From: Alistipes sp.
GTDB taxonomy: Bacteria > Bacteroidota > Bacteroidia > Bacteroidales > Rikenellaceae
Length of the DNA stretch: 64,000 nucleotides
NCBI GenBank assembly: GCA_017398555.1
Contig: JAFQFV010000021.1
Coordinates: 50,738 to 114,737, forward strand
Direction: 5' to 3'
The translations under genes and the position numbers were made by a program. The stretch's first letter is position 1; each line of letters opens with the position of its first letter. Below are positions 9,973 to 21,841 of the stretch, piece by piece. Under the pieces are notes generated by a model. It was not told where the DNA came from. It saw only the letters and a list, made by a program, of their open reading frames with translations, and did no database searches.

Positions 9973-10218
9973 TTATTTCTGCTCATTCAGAATGCGCATA
10001 GCTGCATCAAGAATCGCAGTATCATCCAGCGTAACAACGCCACCATCAGGGCCCTGCTCAAAGTGAACACCTACACCTGTCTTAGCGTCAAAGTGCTTAC
10101 CACCAAAATAGTTACGAACTGACTCTACGTCAATACCGAGTTCATCTGCAATACGCTGGGAGCTACCGCTTGGAAGGCGATCCTTAATGCGGCGCAATTC
10201 ATTAAATGTGATAATCAT
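9973..10218 (-). CDS. Small conserved Bacteroidales DNA-binding (HTH-like) protein
   Basis: ITFNELRRIKDRLPSGS..RIADELG..VESVRNYFGG. Confidence 0.7.
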   Translation of the reverse strand: MIITFNELRRIKDRLPSGSSQRIADELGIDVESVRNYFGGKHFDAKTGVGVHFEQGPDGGVVTLDDTAILDAAMRILNEQK

Positions 10219-10338
10219 AATCGTTAAATTTTAGTGTTATTTCTGTTAAACGTTTATTTCGCACTACTAATTTACGACATTTTCCCGAAAGTGCAAAATT
10301 TCCAACCTATTTTTTCAAAAAATTTATATTTTTTATGA

Positions 10339-10917
10339 TTATCGCATATCTATAACCTCGTAGTCGGGATACTTTGATCTATCAAAACGAGGTATTCCAC
10401 TTGTAAGGCTCTCAATGGCATCCAGCGTGATTATCATGCGTGAGTCGTCGTATATATAGACTATCATCTGCGGCAGATTGCCACCCTTATTTGCCACAAC
10501 AAGGATTTCGCCACCCTCACCACTGCGCGGATTCAGCCTAACAGCCTTACGAGAGTCGATAGTTACATCTCTCTGCTCAAAATCACGGGCGAGTATCGAG
10601 AAACCCTTCGCAGGATTACTTAACAAATCGCCGCCCATTGACTCTGCACTATCGACAACAATCTCCTTACGCTCGCTATTTACCTCATACTTCACACCCT
10701 GTGCAACATAGTACTCGACCCCGGCAATGACGATATAGAAGTCACTTCCGCTAACTGCATAGTTACCCGATGTGACCATATCGCCCATAGTTGCGGTAAA
10801 GGTCACTCGATAGTCCCCAAGCCCCTTCAGAGAGTTCTCAAAGTGCTCTATCAACCCCTCTGCAGAGGCGGTAAAGGCACCTATTATTATAAATAAGGTA
10901 AGTATCAGCCTTCTCAT
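10339..10917 (-). CDS. lolA: LolA-like outer-membrane lipoprotein carrier
   Basis: Signal peptide; LSNP and C-terminal [13 protein letters not shown]; directly follows ftsK (conserved ftsK-lolA order). Confidence 0.7.
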   Translation of the reverse strand: MRRLILTLFIIIGAFTASAEGLIEHFENSLKGLGDYRVTFTATMGDMVTSGNYAVSGSDFYIVIAGVEYYVAQGVKYEVNSERKEIVVDSAESMGGDLLSNPAKGFSILARDFEQRDVTIDSRKAVRLNPRSGEGGEILVVANKGGNLPQMIVYIYDDSRMIITLDAIESLTSGIPRFDRSKYPDYEVIDMR

Positions 10918-13361
10918 TCTACTCCGAGCTCCTGCAATTTTGCCTCCAAAGTAGGCATATCATATATCTTAACATCGCGCGACTTGGCACCCGGAACTTG
11001 CGGGCCTACAATACCTGCACGCTCAAGCTGCAACATAATTCGACCTGCGCGCACAAAGCCCACCTCATAAGTTCGCTGGATGTACGACACAGAGAAGTTA
11101 TCACCACCACCCACAGCATCACGAGCAATCTCGGCAAAGAGTGCATCATACTTCATCGCAGGGCCACTCTCACTACCCAGACCGCTATCCATCGCTCCGC
11201 CACCGGCAGATGTAGAGGCACCACCACTCTCCTCATAGTCAGGCAGAGAGTATGGCATGCCTGTCGGAGATGGCTGCGATGCGATATAATCGACTATGCG
11301 CTTAACCTCTGGAGTATCGACAAAGGCACACTGCACACGTGTAAGAGCGCACGGCTCAGAGAAGAGCATATCTCCACGACCAATAAGTGCATTTGCACCA
11401 GGCTGGTCGATAATAGTCTGCGAATCGACACGTGATGATACACGGAAAGCTATTCGTGCAGGGAAGTTGGTCTTAATTCGACCTGTCAGAATATCTACAG
11501 ATGGTCGCTGTGTTGCAAGGATAAGATGGATACCTGCTGCACGTGCCTTCTGCGCAAGGCGCATAACAGGTTGCTCAACGAGCTTTGACTGCGTTACAAG
11601 GTCGGCATACTCATCTATCACAACCACGATATACGGCATAATCTCACGCGCAGCAATCTTACACTTACGTACCAGGTCGTTATACTCCATAATATTTCGA
11701 GTACCAACCATACGACACTTCTTCAGTCGTTCCTCCATCTCTGCACAGAGCGAGTAGAGGGTATAGACAGCCTTCTGAGCATCAATCACAATATTCTCCT
11801 CCTCGCTCTCCATACGGGCAAGGAAGTGGCTACCTAACCCCTCATAGAGCGAAAACTCCACCTGTTTAGGGTCGATAAGCACCAACTTGAGCTGCGAAGG
11901 GTCCTTACGATAGAGAAGTGATGTAAGTATCACATTCAAACCCACAGACTTACCCGTACCTGTCGCTCCCGCAACAAGCAGGTGCGGCATCTTTGCAAGG
12001 TCAAAGACGATACACTCATTCTGAATATTTCGACCAACAACCACAGGTAGTTCGCCCTTGAAGTCAAGGAAACGCTCTGTCTTGAGTGCTGAACGCATCG
12101 AGACCATTGATGGTTTTCTATTTGGCACCTCAATACCGATTGTTCCGCTCTGCGGAATAGGGGCAACACGCACGCTGCTCGCCTTCAGAGCCTGCGCAAT
12201 CTCCTTCGACAGACCCTCAATCTTGGCTACCTTCACACCTCGCTCCTGCACAACCTCATAGAGAGTTACCGTAGGGCCTGTAGTGGCGGTAATATTTACA
12301 ATCGGAATCTTAAAGTCGGCAAGCACCTCTCGGATGCAACGGGTATTCTCCTCAATCTCATCATTTCCCACCTCTGATGCGCTATCACGCTCATCCAACA
12401 ACTCTATCGACGGGATATGATAACCCTCTGTGCGGTCAGGGTCAAACGGACGATGGTTTGCCTCCTTATCCGACACCTCCTTGTCACCCTCTGGGTCAAA
12501 CACCTCAACCACCAACGTATCATCCGACACCTCAGGCTCCGGCTCAACAATGGGAGTCGGCGTCTGCTCCGGTTCAGGCTCTATCTCAGGCTCCATTTCA
12601 GGTTCCGGCTCGACCTCCGGCTCTATTTCGGGTTCAATTTCCGGCTCTATTTCCGGCTCTATTTCGGGTTCCGGTTCGACCTCCGGCTCGTCATCCACCT
12701 CATCAGCATCTTCAGTATCCTCTACATCTGCCTCATCATCGCCACGGTGGCGTTTTACCCTATCGACAAGGCCCTTGCCCTTATTTGCGATACCGCTACC
12801 GAGGTTATTGACCAGCTCGATAACGCGGATATTGATAAATACAGCTGTCAGCACCCACGCCAAGATAAGTAGAATAACCATACCCGAGTTACCAATCTCA
12901 CCCTTAAGGAGTCGAGATATCTCGATACCGAAAGTACCGCCCCAGCCGCTATTAAACATATCATAGTCCGTATCAAAGGCAGCACCGAGGGTCAGTGAGC
13001 CCAAGATTGTCACAAGTGCAAACGAGATAAGTGTATGGTCATAGAGCTTAAGACGTCTGAGCAGCACCTTAAAGGCGAAAATCACAACCATAATCGGCAC
13101 AAGCACACCGAAAGCACCGAAGCTATTTCCCACAAGCAGAGAGGAGAACCAAGTACCAATAGTTCCCGATGCGCCATCGCCTGTAAGTTCGCTCTTCCAA
13201 TTAAACAGATGTGAAGTTACAGTCACAAAGAGATATACGCCAAAGGCAAGCAGAATAATACCGCTCACCCAGCGTGCAACACGAAATCGCTCGACATTAT
13301 TACTCTTCTGTCCCCTCTTCGGAGTACTCTTCTTAGGCTTTCTCTTTACTACAACATCCAT
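10914..13361 (-). CDS. ftsK: DNA translocase FtsK
   Basis: N-terminal TM segments, acidic Pro-Glu linker, GATGTGKS Walker A, IDEYADL, ATQRPS, C-terminal gamma domain. Confidence 0.96.
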   Translation of the reverse strand: MDVVVKRKPKKSTPKRGQKSNNVERFRVARWVSGIILLAFGVYLFVTVTSHLFNWKSELTGDGASGTIGTWFSSLLVGNSFGAFGVLVPIMVVIFAFKVLLRRLKLYDHTLISFALVTILGSLTLGAAFDTDYDMFNSGWGGTFGIEISRLLKGEIGNSGMVILLILAWVLTAVFINIRVIELVNNLGSGIANKGKGLVDRVKRHRGDDEADVEDTEDADEVDDEPEVEPEPEIEPEIEPEIEPEIEPEVEPEPEMEPEIEPEPEQTPTPIVEPEPEVSDDTLVVEVFDPEGDKEVSDKEANHRPFDPDRTEGYHIPSIELLDERDSASEVGNDEIEENTRCIREVLADFKIPIVNITATTGPTVTLYEVVQERGVKVAKIEGLSKEIAQALKASSVRVAPIPQSGTIGIEVPNRKPSMVSMRSALKTERFLDFKGELPVVVGRNIQNECIVFDLAKMPHLLVAGATGTGKSVGLNVILTSLLYRKDPSQLKLVLIDPKQVEFSLYEGLGSHFLARMESEEENIVIDAQKAVYTLYSLCAEMEERLKKCRMVGTRNIMEYNDLVRKCKIAAREIMPYIVVVIDEYADLVTQSKLVEQPVMRLAQKARAAGIHLILATQRPSVDILTGRIKTNFPARIAFRVSSRVDSQTIIDQPGANALIGRGDMLFSEPCALTRVQCAFVDTPEVKRIVDYIASQPSPTGMPYSLPDYEESGGASTSAGGGAMDSGLGSESGPAMKYDALFAEIARDAVGGGDNFSVSYIQRTYEVGFVRAGRIMLQLERAGIVGPQVPGAKSRDVKIYDMPTLEAKLQELGVE
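12530..12695 (-). repeat. Coding tandem repeat (12-bp EPEI / EP units) in the FtsK linker
   Basis: GGCTCTATTTC(C/G) units encoding [12 protein letters not shown]. Confidence 0.8.
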
Positions 13362-14121
13362 AAGCTCTTCTCTGTAGTTGTTTCAAATAGTTTTCATCTC
13401 CGAGTGTTATAAATCGGTAGTCGGCACTATGCGATGCATCGGCCCTCAGGTCATTCTCCTCTAACAGCTGCGCCACACGACGGCAAACTGCACTGCCCGA
13501 GTCGATAATCTCGACCTCTCTACCCCCTATAACACGCTCTATTGTTCTACGCAGAAACGGATAGTGGGTACAACCTAACACAATCTTATCCGCCCCCGCC
13601 TCTATTATCGGCTCAACAACGCCCCTTACAGCCGCCTCGGCTGCAGGTGTATCCTCCTCACCGCGCTCTACAATCTCGACAAAGTCTCGGCCCACACTCT
13701 TGATAATCTGCACCTTATCGGCATACTTTGCCGAGGTATGCAGGAAGAGTTTGCCCTCCAGTGAGCGCTCTGTCGCAAGTACCGCCACAACACCCGTCTT
13801 TGTCGTCAGTGCCGCGGGCTTTATCGCAGGCTCAAGCCCCACAAACGGTACCGACGGGTAGTGTTCACGCAGGTAATCTATTGCCACTGCCGTTGCAGTA
13901 TTGCAGGCGATAACTATCAACTTACAACCCTCGGCTATCAGTCGCTCCACAGCCTCAACGGTAAACTGCAGCACCTCACTCTCGGGGCGAGAGCCGTATG
14001 GACAGCGCACCCCGTCGCCGAAGAATATCAGCGACTCTGTGGGCAGCCCGGCACGTATCTCCTGCCAGACACTAAGCCCACCCATACCACTGTCAAACAG
14101 ACCGATTGCGGAGTTGTTCAT
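13333..14121 (-). CDS. murI: Glutamate racemase
   Basis: FDSGMGG, IACNTA, LGCTHYP; start set to MNNSAIG (14121). Confidence 0.95.
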   Translation of the reverse strand: MNNSAIGLFDSGMGGLSVWQEIRAGLPTESLIFFGDGVRCPYGSRPESEVLQFTVEAVERLIAEGCKLIVIACNTATAVAIDYLREHYPSVPFVGLEPAIKPAALTTKTGVVAVLATERSLEGKLFLHTSAKYADKVQIIKSVGRDFVEIVERGEEDTPAAEAAVRGVVEPIIEAGADKIVLGCTHYPFLRRTIERVIGGREVEIIDSGSAVCRRVAQLLEENDLRADASHSADYRFITLGDENYLKQLQRRAYGCCSKEKA

Positions 14122-14143
14122 CTTTAGGTAGTTACTGCTACTT

Positions 14144-15784
14144 TTAATATGTTTCATCAAGCACCTCACGCTTAATAAGGCGCAGGCGATTTGTCAGCTC
14201 AGTCTCCGAATAGTCAAAACTCTCGGTAAAGCGTGTCTGCTCATATACATTGCCGTTGCTATCCTTGGCAACAACCTTAATCTGCTTTGCATCAGGGTTA
14301 TTCAACTTAAGGCGATACATATGGTTGCAGCTTGTCAGATAACCCTTGCGACCACCGCCATTCCACTTGCTCTGGCTATCTGTAACCTTACCATAGCTAC
14401 GGCCGATAACGCCGATATGGTAACCTACAGCATACCAATCGCGACTCGACTCAGCCTCAGGAACGCTATCCTTTGTAGTCGGAATACGCTCCATCTCGCC
14501 TGTCAGCACACCATCCTCATAGAGATATACCTTCCACGAAGGGTCCGCCATAAAGACGTTGGCAAGCACTGTATCGTGGCTGTATGGATACTTAAACTTC
14601 TCAAACTCGCCACCAAACTCTGCATCACCGCGATACATACGAATTTGGTATGAGATATCGTGGCCTGTACCCTTGTACCACCAATTCTTGATATGTGCGC
14701 CATCTATATCGTAGATAGTATAGCCATTCGGTGCACCATCACCATTAAAACAGCTCCACCAATATGCACCACTTGCCGCTGCATGCACGTGCTCAAAGAC
14801 GCCATCACTATTAACCTTATGGTTCATAAAGTGGGTATGGCCAATCATAATATGAGCCTCATCAAACTGCGCAATGAGTTTACGCACAGCATCCACATTC
14901 TTCCTCATACGGTTATACAGACCGATATGCAGACAGAGGATAACCATCTTATTCTTCGGTACTGCCGCCAAATCCTGACGCAACCACTCCAACTGCTCAT
15001 CGGTAAAGCAAGGGTTGCCATACTCCTTGTGGTAGCGGAACTTATTCGGATTATCATCGGCAATATAGTCCTTCATCGAGACAATATGCACATCGCCGCG
15101 ATTCCACGAGTAGTTTACAGGACCAAAGACATTTTCAAAAGCACGCTGATATGCAAGGTTATAGGTACTTGTACCCTTATCCAACGCTACAGGAGGCTCG
15201 TCAAAGTCGTGATTACCAATAGTTTGGAAGAACAACAGATGTGAATTATCATAGCCCATCGCACGACGCATAGGCTCCATAAACTTATTGGTCTTATGCT
15301 TACCCTCGGTATAGACAATATCACCCAATGTGACACCATAACAAGGCAGAGTCTGAGCATCCACATAGGCGCGAATATCAGGCACCGTCTCACGCTCAAA
15401 GCGCTTAACGTGGAAGTTACACTGCGCCTGCGGGTCGGCAACCATCAGCAGACGAAACTGCTTCTCCTCTGTCGGATTTGGGGTGAGTGTAAAGTTATAC
15501 TTCTTAACGCCCTTCTCCAACTTCTGGTAGAAGTCAGGGTGACCATCCTTCACATTTACCTTGTATGCAGATGGAATAGAGTAGAATACATGCACTGCAT
15601 CCGAAGATGTTGTCATCTTATAACGACCCTTCGCGTCAGTAGTAACGCAGCTAAAGCCATCGCTGACCGTAACGCCCGCAATACCCTTACCATCAGTATC
15701 GCTCAGCGTACCCGAAATCTTCATCTGTGCCGATGCGGTGAAAAACATCACAACCGATACGGCTACAAGCATCAATCTTTTCAT
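14144..15784 (-). CDS. Secreted calcineurin-like metallophosphoesterase
   Basis: Signal peptide; VSDG N-terminal domain, ADPQ, LGD, GNHD, GHTH, DGAPNGY. Confidence 0.85.
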   Translation of the reverse strand: MKRLMLVAVSVVMFFTASAQMKISGTLSDTDGKGIAGVTVSDGFSCVTTDAKGRYKMTTSSDAVHVFYSIPSAYKVNVKDGHPDFYQKLEKGVKKYNFTLTPNPTEEKQFRLLMVADPQAQCNFHVKRFERETVPDIRAYVDAQTLPCYGVTLGDIVYTEGKHKTNKFMEPMRRAMGYDNSHLLFFQTIGNHDFDEPPVALDKGTSTYNLAYQRAFENVFGPVNYSWNRGDVHIVSMKDYIADDNPNKFRYHKEYGNPCFTDEQLEWLRQDLAAVPKNKMVILCLHIGLYNRMRKNVDAVRKLIAQFDEAHIMIGHTHFMNHKVNSDGVFEHVHAAASGAYWWSCFNGDGAPNGYTIYDIDGAHIKNWWYKGTGHDISYQIRMYRGDAEFGGEFEKFKYPYSHDTVLANVFMADPSWKVYLYEDGVLTGEMERIPTTKDSVPEAESSRDWYAVGYHIGVIGRSYGKVTDSQSKWNGGGRKGYLTSCNHMYRLKLNNPDAKQIKVVAKDSNGNVYEQTRFTESFDYSETELTNRLRLIKREVLDETY

Positions 15785-15788
15785 AGGT

Positions 15789-16313
15789 TTATCGTTTTAG
15801 GTTCTTTATCTTACTTAATATCAGGTCAATAATCTCACTATCGGCCATCGTATCGCACTCGATTGTAATATCCGCCTGCGAATATATCGGCTCACGTTCT
15901 GCCATGTGCGAAGTCATAAAAGCGAGCAGCTGCTCATCATTCAGACCCCTAAACTTCGGGCGCTTCTGACGACCGTATGGAGATAGTCGGGAGATGATAT
16001 TCTGCGGACTGCGACGAAGGTATATTGATACACCCAGCTCCCCTATTCGCGCCATATTATCACCCCAAACAGGCAGACCACCACCCGTAGAGACCACTAA
16101 ATCATCCTCCTCGGCTGTACTCTGAAGCACCGAGTGCTCCACGCCACGAAAATACTCCTCGCCATGATAGGTTATAACGTCGGCCACTGTCGCCTGCTCG
16201 CGCTGCTCAACCAACGAATCGGTATCGACAAAGCGCATGTGGGCATAGCGGGCAATCTTTCGCCCGATGGTGCTCTTGCCACACCCCATATATCCTATCA
16301 AATATAGCCTCAT
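15789..16313 (-). CDS. aroK: Shikimate kinase
   Basis: GYMGCGKST P-loop, GEEYFR, STGGG. Confidence 0.95.
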   Translation of the reverse strand: MRLYLIGYMGCGKSTIGRKIARYAHMRFVDTDSLVEQREQATVADVITYHGEEYFRGVEHSVLQSTAEEDDLVVSTGGGLPVWGDNMARIGELGVSIYLRRSPQNIISRLSPYGRQKRPKFRGLNDEQLLAFMTSHMAEREPIYSQADITIECDTMADSEIIDLILSKIKNLKR

Positions 16314-16336
16314 AAAGTTTTATTATCTTCCTCCTC

Positions 16337-16460
16337 AAAAAGATGTTATTTTGAGTGTTTTACAACGCTGTCAAGTCGAGCAAGGCAGGAGCATACAACG
16401 CGTATGTGACTCTCTTGCAAGATGCAGACAAGGCAGTAAAACCTCAAAAGAACGCTTTTT
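16337..16460 (+). repeat. Family A-related structured element, copy A10
   Basis: Arms TTTTGAG(T)GTTTTAC/GTAAAACCTCAAAA; CAACGCT linker; GAGCATAC-n5-GTATGTGAC loop as in A9; overlaps the parC stop. Confidence 0.65.
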
Positions 16461-19131
16461 AGAAGAGGTTCAACTGCTCTGTCTTATACTCCTCTTCCTC
16501 TGTCATCAGAACAGTTGCGCTCTCAAGCTCCTCAATCTGCTCCTCTTCCTCTACCATCGGCTCCTGATCAAGGATTGGCTCCTCCTCAACAGGCTCCTCC
16601 TCCGGCTCTATAAAGGTCAGAGTATCAACATCATAAGTTGTCAGGCGCTTACCCTTTGCCTTACGGCTCTTAACGCCTACAAAGTCATCGACAACAATCT
16701 CATCCGCAGGGCGGGTTGCGTTGTTGCCCTTATATGTAATGCGCAGTGTCGAGCCATTCTTCGAGCAGATAGCCACAAAGTCGGCATTACCCTCCTCATC
16801 GAGGAATGGCAGCAGACGGTCGGTCATATCGAGCTGGAAGCGCTTCATATAGTAGTAGCCCTGTTCACGGTCGAAGTAGCAGAGGTTGTATATCTTCGCA
16901 GAGTTATACTTCTCAACAATGACAGTGTCATCAGGGAAGTGCTGTGCAGTATCAAAGCCTGTGATGTAGTACTGATGCTTTGCTGTCCAGACAACAATCT
17001 TGTCATCACCCTTGAACTGACCGAGCAGCTGACCTCTACCCTCGGCATTGAGTCGGCGGATATCCTCATCCCAATATATCTCCTGTGCGCTGAGTGTAGA
17101 TGTACCCTTCTTCTTAATTGCAATCTTATGGATTGGATAGCGTGAGAAGAGGTTACCCTGACTCTGGCGACCCTTGATAGCCAGCTCGGCAAAGTCGAGA
17201 TCGACAATAACCTTCTTCAGTCGTGGACGTGGCTTGAAGTATATCTTGAGCACCTCCGCCTCGCCATTAGGATTGACAGAGAGGTGGAGAATCTCACTCT
17301 TCGGAGTGCCCTTTGTCAGATTATACTCCTTATCACGGGTAATACCCTTAATTGCACAACGCTTCATCAGCAGCGGACCATTCTTACCGCCATCACGATA
17401 GAGAACGTTATAGATAGTGCGCTCGTCGTTGCGCTTGAAGACACCTATATATAAAATGTCCTTATCAAAGAAGCTCTTATCGGCAACCTTCTTGATAACG
17501 TAGCGGCCATCCTTAAGGATTACAATAACATCATCAATATCCGAGCAGTCGCAAACATACTCGGCATCCTTCATACCCTTACCGATACCGAAGAAGCCCT
17601 CTTTACGATCAACATAGAGTTTTGCATTCGATACAGCAACCTTTGTCGAGTCGATAATATCGAAACTACGAATCTCTGTGAGTCGGTCACGCCCCTTACC
17701 ATACTTCTCGCCGATATGCTCAAAGTATGCGATTGTATATTCAACAAGGTGCTCGATATCGTACTTCACCTGCTTAATCTCTGCATCGATGCGCTTAATC
17801 TCATTATCCGCCTTCTCGATATTAAAGCGTGAGATGCGGATAAATGGCAGACCTACCAGGTGCTCAATATCCTCCTGATCCACAGCACGGCGGAGCTTCT
17901 TGGCAAATGGGGCAAGCGCCTCGGCAACGGCTGCGTGAGCCTCCTCAACACTCTTCTTACCCTCCAGAACCTCATAGAGCTTATTCTCAATGAATATTCG
18001 CTCCAACGATATCTTATGCCACTGGTCGTTCAGCTCGCCCAACTTAATCTCCAGCTCCTGACGCAACAAATCCTTTGTATGGTCAGTCGAGTGGCGCAGA
18101 ATATCGCTCACACCCATAAACTCAGGGTGGCGATCCTTGATAACGCACGAGTTTGGCGAGATAGATATCTCACAGAGCGTAAAGGCGTAGAGTGCGTCGA
18201 TAGTCTTATCGCACGACTCGCCCGATGCTACGTGAACAACAATCTCGGCAGTAGATGCAGTATTGTCATCGAAGTTCTTAATCTTAATCTTTCCCTTCTC
18301 CTGAGCCTTGGTGATAGACTCTTTAAGGGTCTCGGTTGTAATCGAGTATGGAATCTCCGAGATAACGAGCGTGCTCTTATCAATCTTTGAAATCTTCGCA
18401 CGCACCTTAACAGCACCACCACGAAGGCCGTCGTTATATCGTGAAACGTCAATCATACCACCTGTCGGGAAGTCCGGATAGAGTTGGAACTCTTCCCCCT
18501 TCAGGTGTGCAATAGCAGCAGAGATAAGCTCATTGAAGTTATGCGGCAAAATCTTCGATGCAAGACCTACGGCAATACCCTCTGTACCCTGCGCAAGCAG
18601 CAGCGGGAACTTCACAGGCAGAGCCACCGGCTCCTCCTTACGACCGTCATACGAGAGCATCCACTCTGTGGTCTTACGGTTAAAGACAACCTCCAGAGCG
18701 AACTTCGACAATCGTGCCTCGATATAACGAGGTGCCGCTGCGGGGTCACCTGTAAGGATATTACCCCAGTTACCCTGACAATCAATCAAAAGCTCCTTCT
18801 GACCCAGTTGCACGAGCGCTGCACCGATACTCTGATCTCCGTGCGGATGGTACTGCATAGTCTGACCAACGACATTTGCCACCTTATTGTAACGGCCATC
18901 ATCCACCACCTTCATCGCATGCAATATTCGGCGCTGCACGGGCTTTAGACCATCATCAATATGGGGCACGGCGCGCTCCAAAATTACATACGAAGCGTAG
19001 TCCAAGAACCAATTCTTGAACATGCCCGTAAGACGGCTCACACTCTGCTCGGCCATCAATCGGTCATACTTTCCCGTAGAGCTCTCTTCGCCCACAGGCA
19101 TATCATCCATCAAATCTATCTCCTCTGCCAT
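16459..19131 (-). CDS. parC: DNA topoisomerase IV subunit A
   Basis: DGLKPVQRR, HPHGD, AAPRYIEARL; Bacteroidetes-type ParC; adjacent to parE. Confidence 0.93.
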   Translation of the reverse strand: MAEEIDLMDDMPVGEESSTGKYDRLMAEQSVSRLTGMFKNWFLDYASYVILERAVPHIDDGLKPVQRRILHAMKVVDDGRYNKVANVVGQTMQYHPHGDQSIGAALVQLGQKELLIDCQGNWGNILTGDPAAAPRYIEARLSKFALEVVFNRKTTEWMLSYDGRKEEPVALPVKFPLLLAQGTEGIAVGLASKILPHNFNELISAAIAHLKGEEFQLYPDFPTGGMIDVSRYNDGLRGGAVKVRAKISKIDKSTLVISEIPYSITTETLKESITKAQEKGKIKIKNFDDNTASTAEIVVHVASGESCDKTIDALYAFTLCEISISPNSCVIKDRHPEFMGVSDILRHSTDHTKDLLRQELEIKLGELNDQWHKISLERIFIENKLYEVLEGKKSVEEAHAAVAEALAPFAKKLRRAVDQEDIEHLVGLPFIRISRFNIEKADNEIKRIDAEIKQVKYDIEHLVEYTIAYFEHIGEKYGKGRDRLTEIRSFDIIDSTKVAVSNAKLYVDRKEGFFGIGKGMKDAEYVCDCSDIDDVIVILKDGRYVIKKVADKSFFDKDILYIGVFKRNDERTIYNVLYRDGGKNGPLLMKRCAIKGITRDKEYNLTKGTPKSEILHLSVNPNGEAEVLKIYFKPRPRLKKVIVDLDFAELAIKGRQSQGNLFSRYPIHKIAIKKKGTSTLSAQEIYWDEDIRRLNAEGRGQLLGQFKGDDKIVVWTAKHQYYITGFDTAQHFPDDTVIVEKYNSAKIYNLCYFDREQGYYYMKRFQLDMTDRLLPFLDEEGNADFVAICSKNGSTLRITYKGNNATRPADEIVVDDFVGVKSRKAKGKRLTTYDVDTLTFIEPEEEPVEEEPILDQEPMVEEEEQIEELESATVLMTEEEEYKTEQLNLF

Positions 19132-19159
19132 ATAAGATATCTCTATTTTTTATTTCTCG

Positions 19160-21058
19160 TTACTCTTCATCTTCGTCAGCACTGCCAATCATCAGGTGCT
19201 CCTCAACCAAATCCTCCTCAAAGCGGAGGTTACCCATAATAAATCGCTGACGGTCAAATGTATTGGTACCCATGTAGAAGGTGAGCAGGTCATTTACAGG
19301 ATCATCCTTTGTCAGGCGCACCTTATCAAGTCGAATATGCTCGCCGATAAAGCCTGCAAACTCATCCGGCGAAATCTCACCAAGACCCTTAAATCGGGTA
19401 ATCTCGGCCTTAGCACCGCACTTCTCCACAGCATCCAATCGCTCCTGCTCCGAGTAGCAGTAGAAGGTCTGCTTCTTGTTACGAACACGGAAGAGCGGGG
19501 TCTGCATAATGAAGAGATGACCGTTACGGATAAGGTCAGGGAAGTACTGCAGGAAGAATGTGAGCAGCAGCATACGGATATGCATACCATCCACATCGGC
19601 ATCGGTTGCAATAACCACCTTCTCGTAACGCAGATTCTCTATATCGTCATCAATATTGAGGGCATTGTGCAAAAACTTGAACTCATCGTTTGCATAGGCC
19701 TGCGCCTTCTTCTTACCGAATGTATTGAGCGGCTTTCCTCGCAGCGAAAAGACCGCCTGAGTAAGGGCATTACGCGACTTGGTAATAGAACCCGATGCAG
19801 AGTTACCCTCGGTAATGAATATCATTGTCTGTGACGCCAACTCACTCTTATCGCCGCGGTGAATTTTACAGTCACGAAGGTTCTTATTGTTGAGCAGCAG
19901 ACGCTTATTGGCCTCACGGCTCTTCTTCTGCACACCGGCCATAGCCTTGCGCTCCTTCTCACTCTCGACAATCTTACGCTGGATAACTTGTGCCACCTCA
20001 GGGTTACGGTGCAGGTAGTTATCGAGCTCTACGGCAAGGAACTCGCCGATAAACTGACGCATAGAGATACCCTCTGCCGCATCCTTACTACCGAGCTTCG
20101 ACTTCACCTGATTCTCAAAGATTGCATTTGATACACGCACAGATACCGCCGCAACAATCGAGGTACGGATATCTGCCGGGTCGTAATCTTTGTGGTAGAA
20201 GTCCTTAAGCACCTTTACAACCATCTCTCGGAAGGCCACCTGGTGTGTACCACCCTGCCAAGTATTCTGACTATTGGCAAAGGTGTAGTATATCTCGCCA
20301 TAGCCTGTCGAGTGGGTCATGGCAATCTCGATATTCTTGCTCGACAGGTGGATAGGAGGATAGAGCATTGTCTGATTCTCCATACTGTCATTTACAAGGT
20401 CGAGCAGACCATTTTTCGAGCTATATGAGACACCGTTGAAGTTGAGCGTAAGACCAACATTGAGGTAGGCGTAGTTATGCACCATCTGCTCGATATAATC
20501 GACATTGAACTGATAGTTCGGGAATATCTCCGGGTCAGGCACAAACGATACGAAGGTTCCATTCTTCTCCTTCACGCCGCTTTCGCGCTCATCCGAGAGC
20601 AGAATACCCTGGCTAAAGGTCACCTTACGCGCCTCGCCATCACGCACCGAGCGGACAATAAACTCCGTTGAGAGGTAGTTCACCGCCTTCACGCCGACAC
20701 CATTCAGACCCACAGTCTTATCGAAGGCCGAATCCTCGCCCTGATCGTACTTTGCACCGGTGTTAATCTGCGACACTACGCTATCCAACGAGTTGAGCGG
20801 AATACCACGACCATAGTCACGTACCGTCACACGATTATCGGCAAGGGTAATCTCGATACTCTTACCATAACCCATAATAAACTCGTCAATACCGTTATCA
20901 ATCACCTCCTTAACGAGCACGTAGAGGGCATCATCCCTCTCCGAGCCATCTCCCGGAGTGCCGACATACATACTCGTACGACGGCGAACGTGCTCACGTG
21001 GGGTGAGCTGTTGTATGGCATCATCGCCATAACTGTTTTTCTTCTGCACTTCTGCCAT
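19160..21058 (-). CDS. parE: DNA topoisomerase IV subunit B
   Basis: EVIDNGIDE, GLNGVG, EGNSA, LRGK, DADVDG, RFKGLGE. Confidence 0.93.
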   Translation of the reverse strand: MAEVQKKNSYGDDAIQQLTPREHVRRRTSMYVGTPGDGSERDDALYVLVKEVIDNGIDEFIMGYGKSIEITLADNRVTVRDYGRGIPLNSLDSVVSQINTGAKYDQGEDSAFDKTVGLNGVGVKAVNYLSTEFIVRSVRDGEARKVTFSQGILLSDERESGVKEKNGTFVSFVPDPEIFPNYQFNVDYIEQMVHNYAYLNVGLTLNFNGVSYSSKNGLLDLVNDSMENQTMLYPPIHLSSKNIEIAMTHSTGYGEIYYTFANSQNTWQGGTHQVAFREMVVKVLKDFYHKDYDPADIRTSIVAAVSVRVSNAIFENQVKSKLGSKDAAEGISMRQFIGEFLAVELDNYLHRNPEVAQVIQRKIVESEKERKAMAGVQKKSREANKRLLLNNKNLRDCKIHRGDKSELASQTMIFITEGNSASGSITKSRNALTQAVFSLRGKPLNTFGKKKAQAYANDEFKFLHNALNIDDDIENLRYEKVVIATDADVDGMHIRMLLLTFFLQYFPDLIRNGHLFIMQTPLFRVRNKKQTFYCYSEQERLDAVEKCGAKAEITRFKGLGEISPDEFAGFIGEHIRLDKVRLTKDDPVNDLLTFYMGTNTFDRQRFIMGNLRFEEDLVEEHLMIGSADEDEE

Positions 21059-21075
21059 ATATCTACTATTTTCTC

Positions 21076-21828
21076 CTATTTTCTAATCTTCTCGTACTCC
21101 TCGCACATCATCTGACGTGTCATAGCCATAAGCTCCGGCATCTCCATAGAAGCAACCTGCTCGGCACTGATTGGAGGAAGCACGCTCACTGTAAGTACAT
21201 TGCGCCAATTGAGCAGGTAGTTCTTCTTGAGCACATCGCGTGTGCCGTGCATCACAACCGGAAGAATCTCAACACCCGCCTCCTTTGCAAGAGCAAATGC
21301 GCCCTGCTTGAAACGGCCCATCTCGCCGCTCTTTGAACGAGTACCCTCCGGGAACATCGCGATAGATACACCTCTGCCAATCCACATCTTCCCCAACTCT
21401 GTCACCTTACGCATAGCATTTGCACCATCCTTACGGTCGATAGCAATATCGCCGTGAATAGTGAGCAGCTGACCGATATAAGGGATGCGGAAGACCTCAC
21501 GCTTGCTTACCCAACGGAAGTTGAGCGGCAAAAAGTAGAGCGCAAGGATATCTGCCATAGAGTTGTGGTTGATTGCAATGACGTAGCTCTTCGACTTATC
21601 GATATTCTCCAAACCCTCTATCTTGCGTTTCCAGGTAAGTGGCACGTACCAAAAGCACATACAGATACACCTTGACAACTCGTGAATTACACGACGAGTC
21701 TTATCGAATGGCCAAAGGAGCACCCATGCCAGCACCGACAAAATAAAGAAAAACGTCAATTGGATGACCGTATAAATGTAAAAAATCAGCGTTATCATAC
21801 TCCAAAAATGGTAATAATTGTCCAACAT
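21076..21828 (-). CDS. plsC: 1-acyl-sn-glycerol-3-phosphate acyltransferase
   Basis: NHNSMAD and FPEGTRS motifs. Confidence 0.9.
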   Translation of the reverse strand: MLDNYYHFWSMITLIFYIYTVIQLTFFFILSVLAWVLLWPFDKTRRVIHELSRCICMCFWYVPLTWKRKIEGLENIDKSKSYVIAINHNSMADILALYFLPLNFRWVSKREVFRIPYIGQLLTIHGDIAIDRKDGANAMRKVTELGKMWIGRGVSIAMFPEGTRSKSGEMGRFKQGAFALAKEAGVEILPVVMHGTRDVLKKNYLLNWRNVLTVSVLPPISAEQVASMEMPELMAMTRQMMCEEYEKIRK

Positions 21829-21841
21829 ACGTATATCTGTG

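Noticed and set aside
16267-17145. 292-aa plus-strand ORF (and similar ones such as 35601-36455 and 12377-12966)
   Set aside because: Antisense to well-supported genes; explained by codon bias or low-complexity repeats
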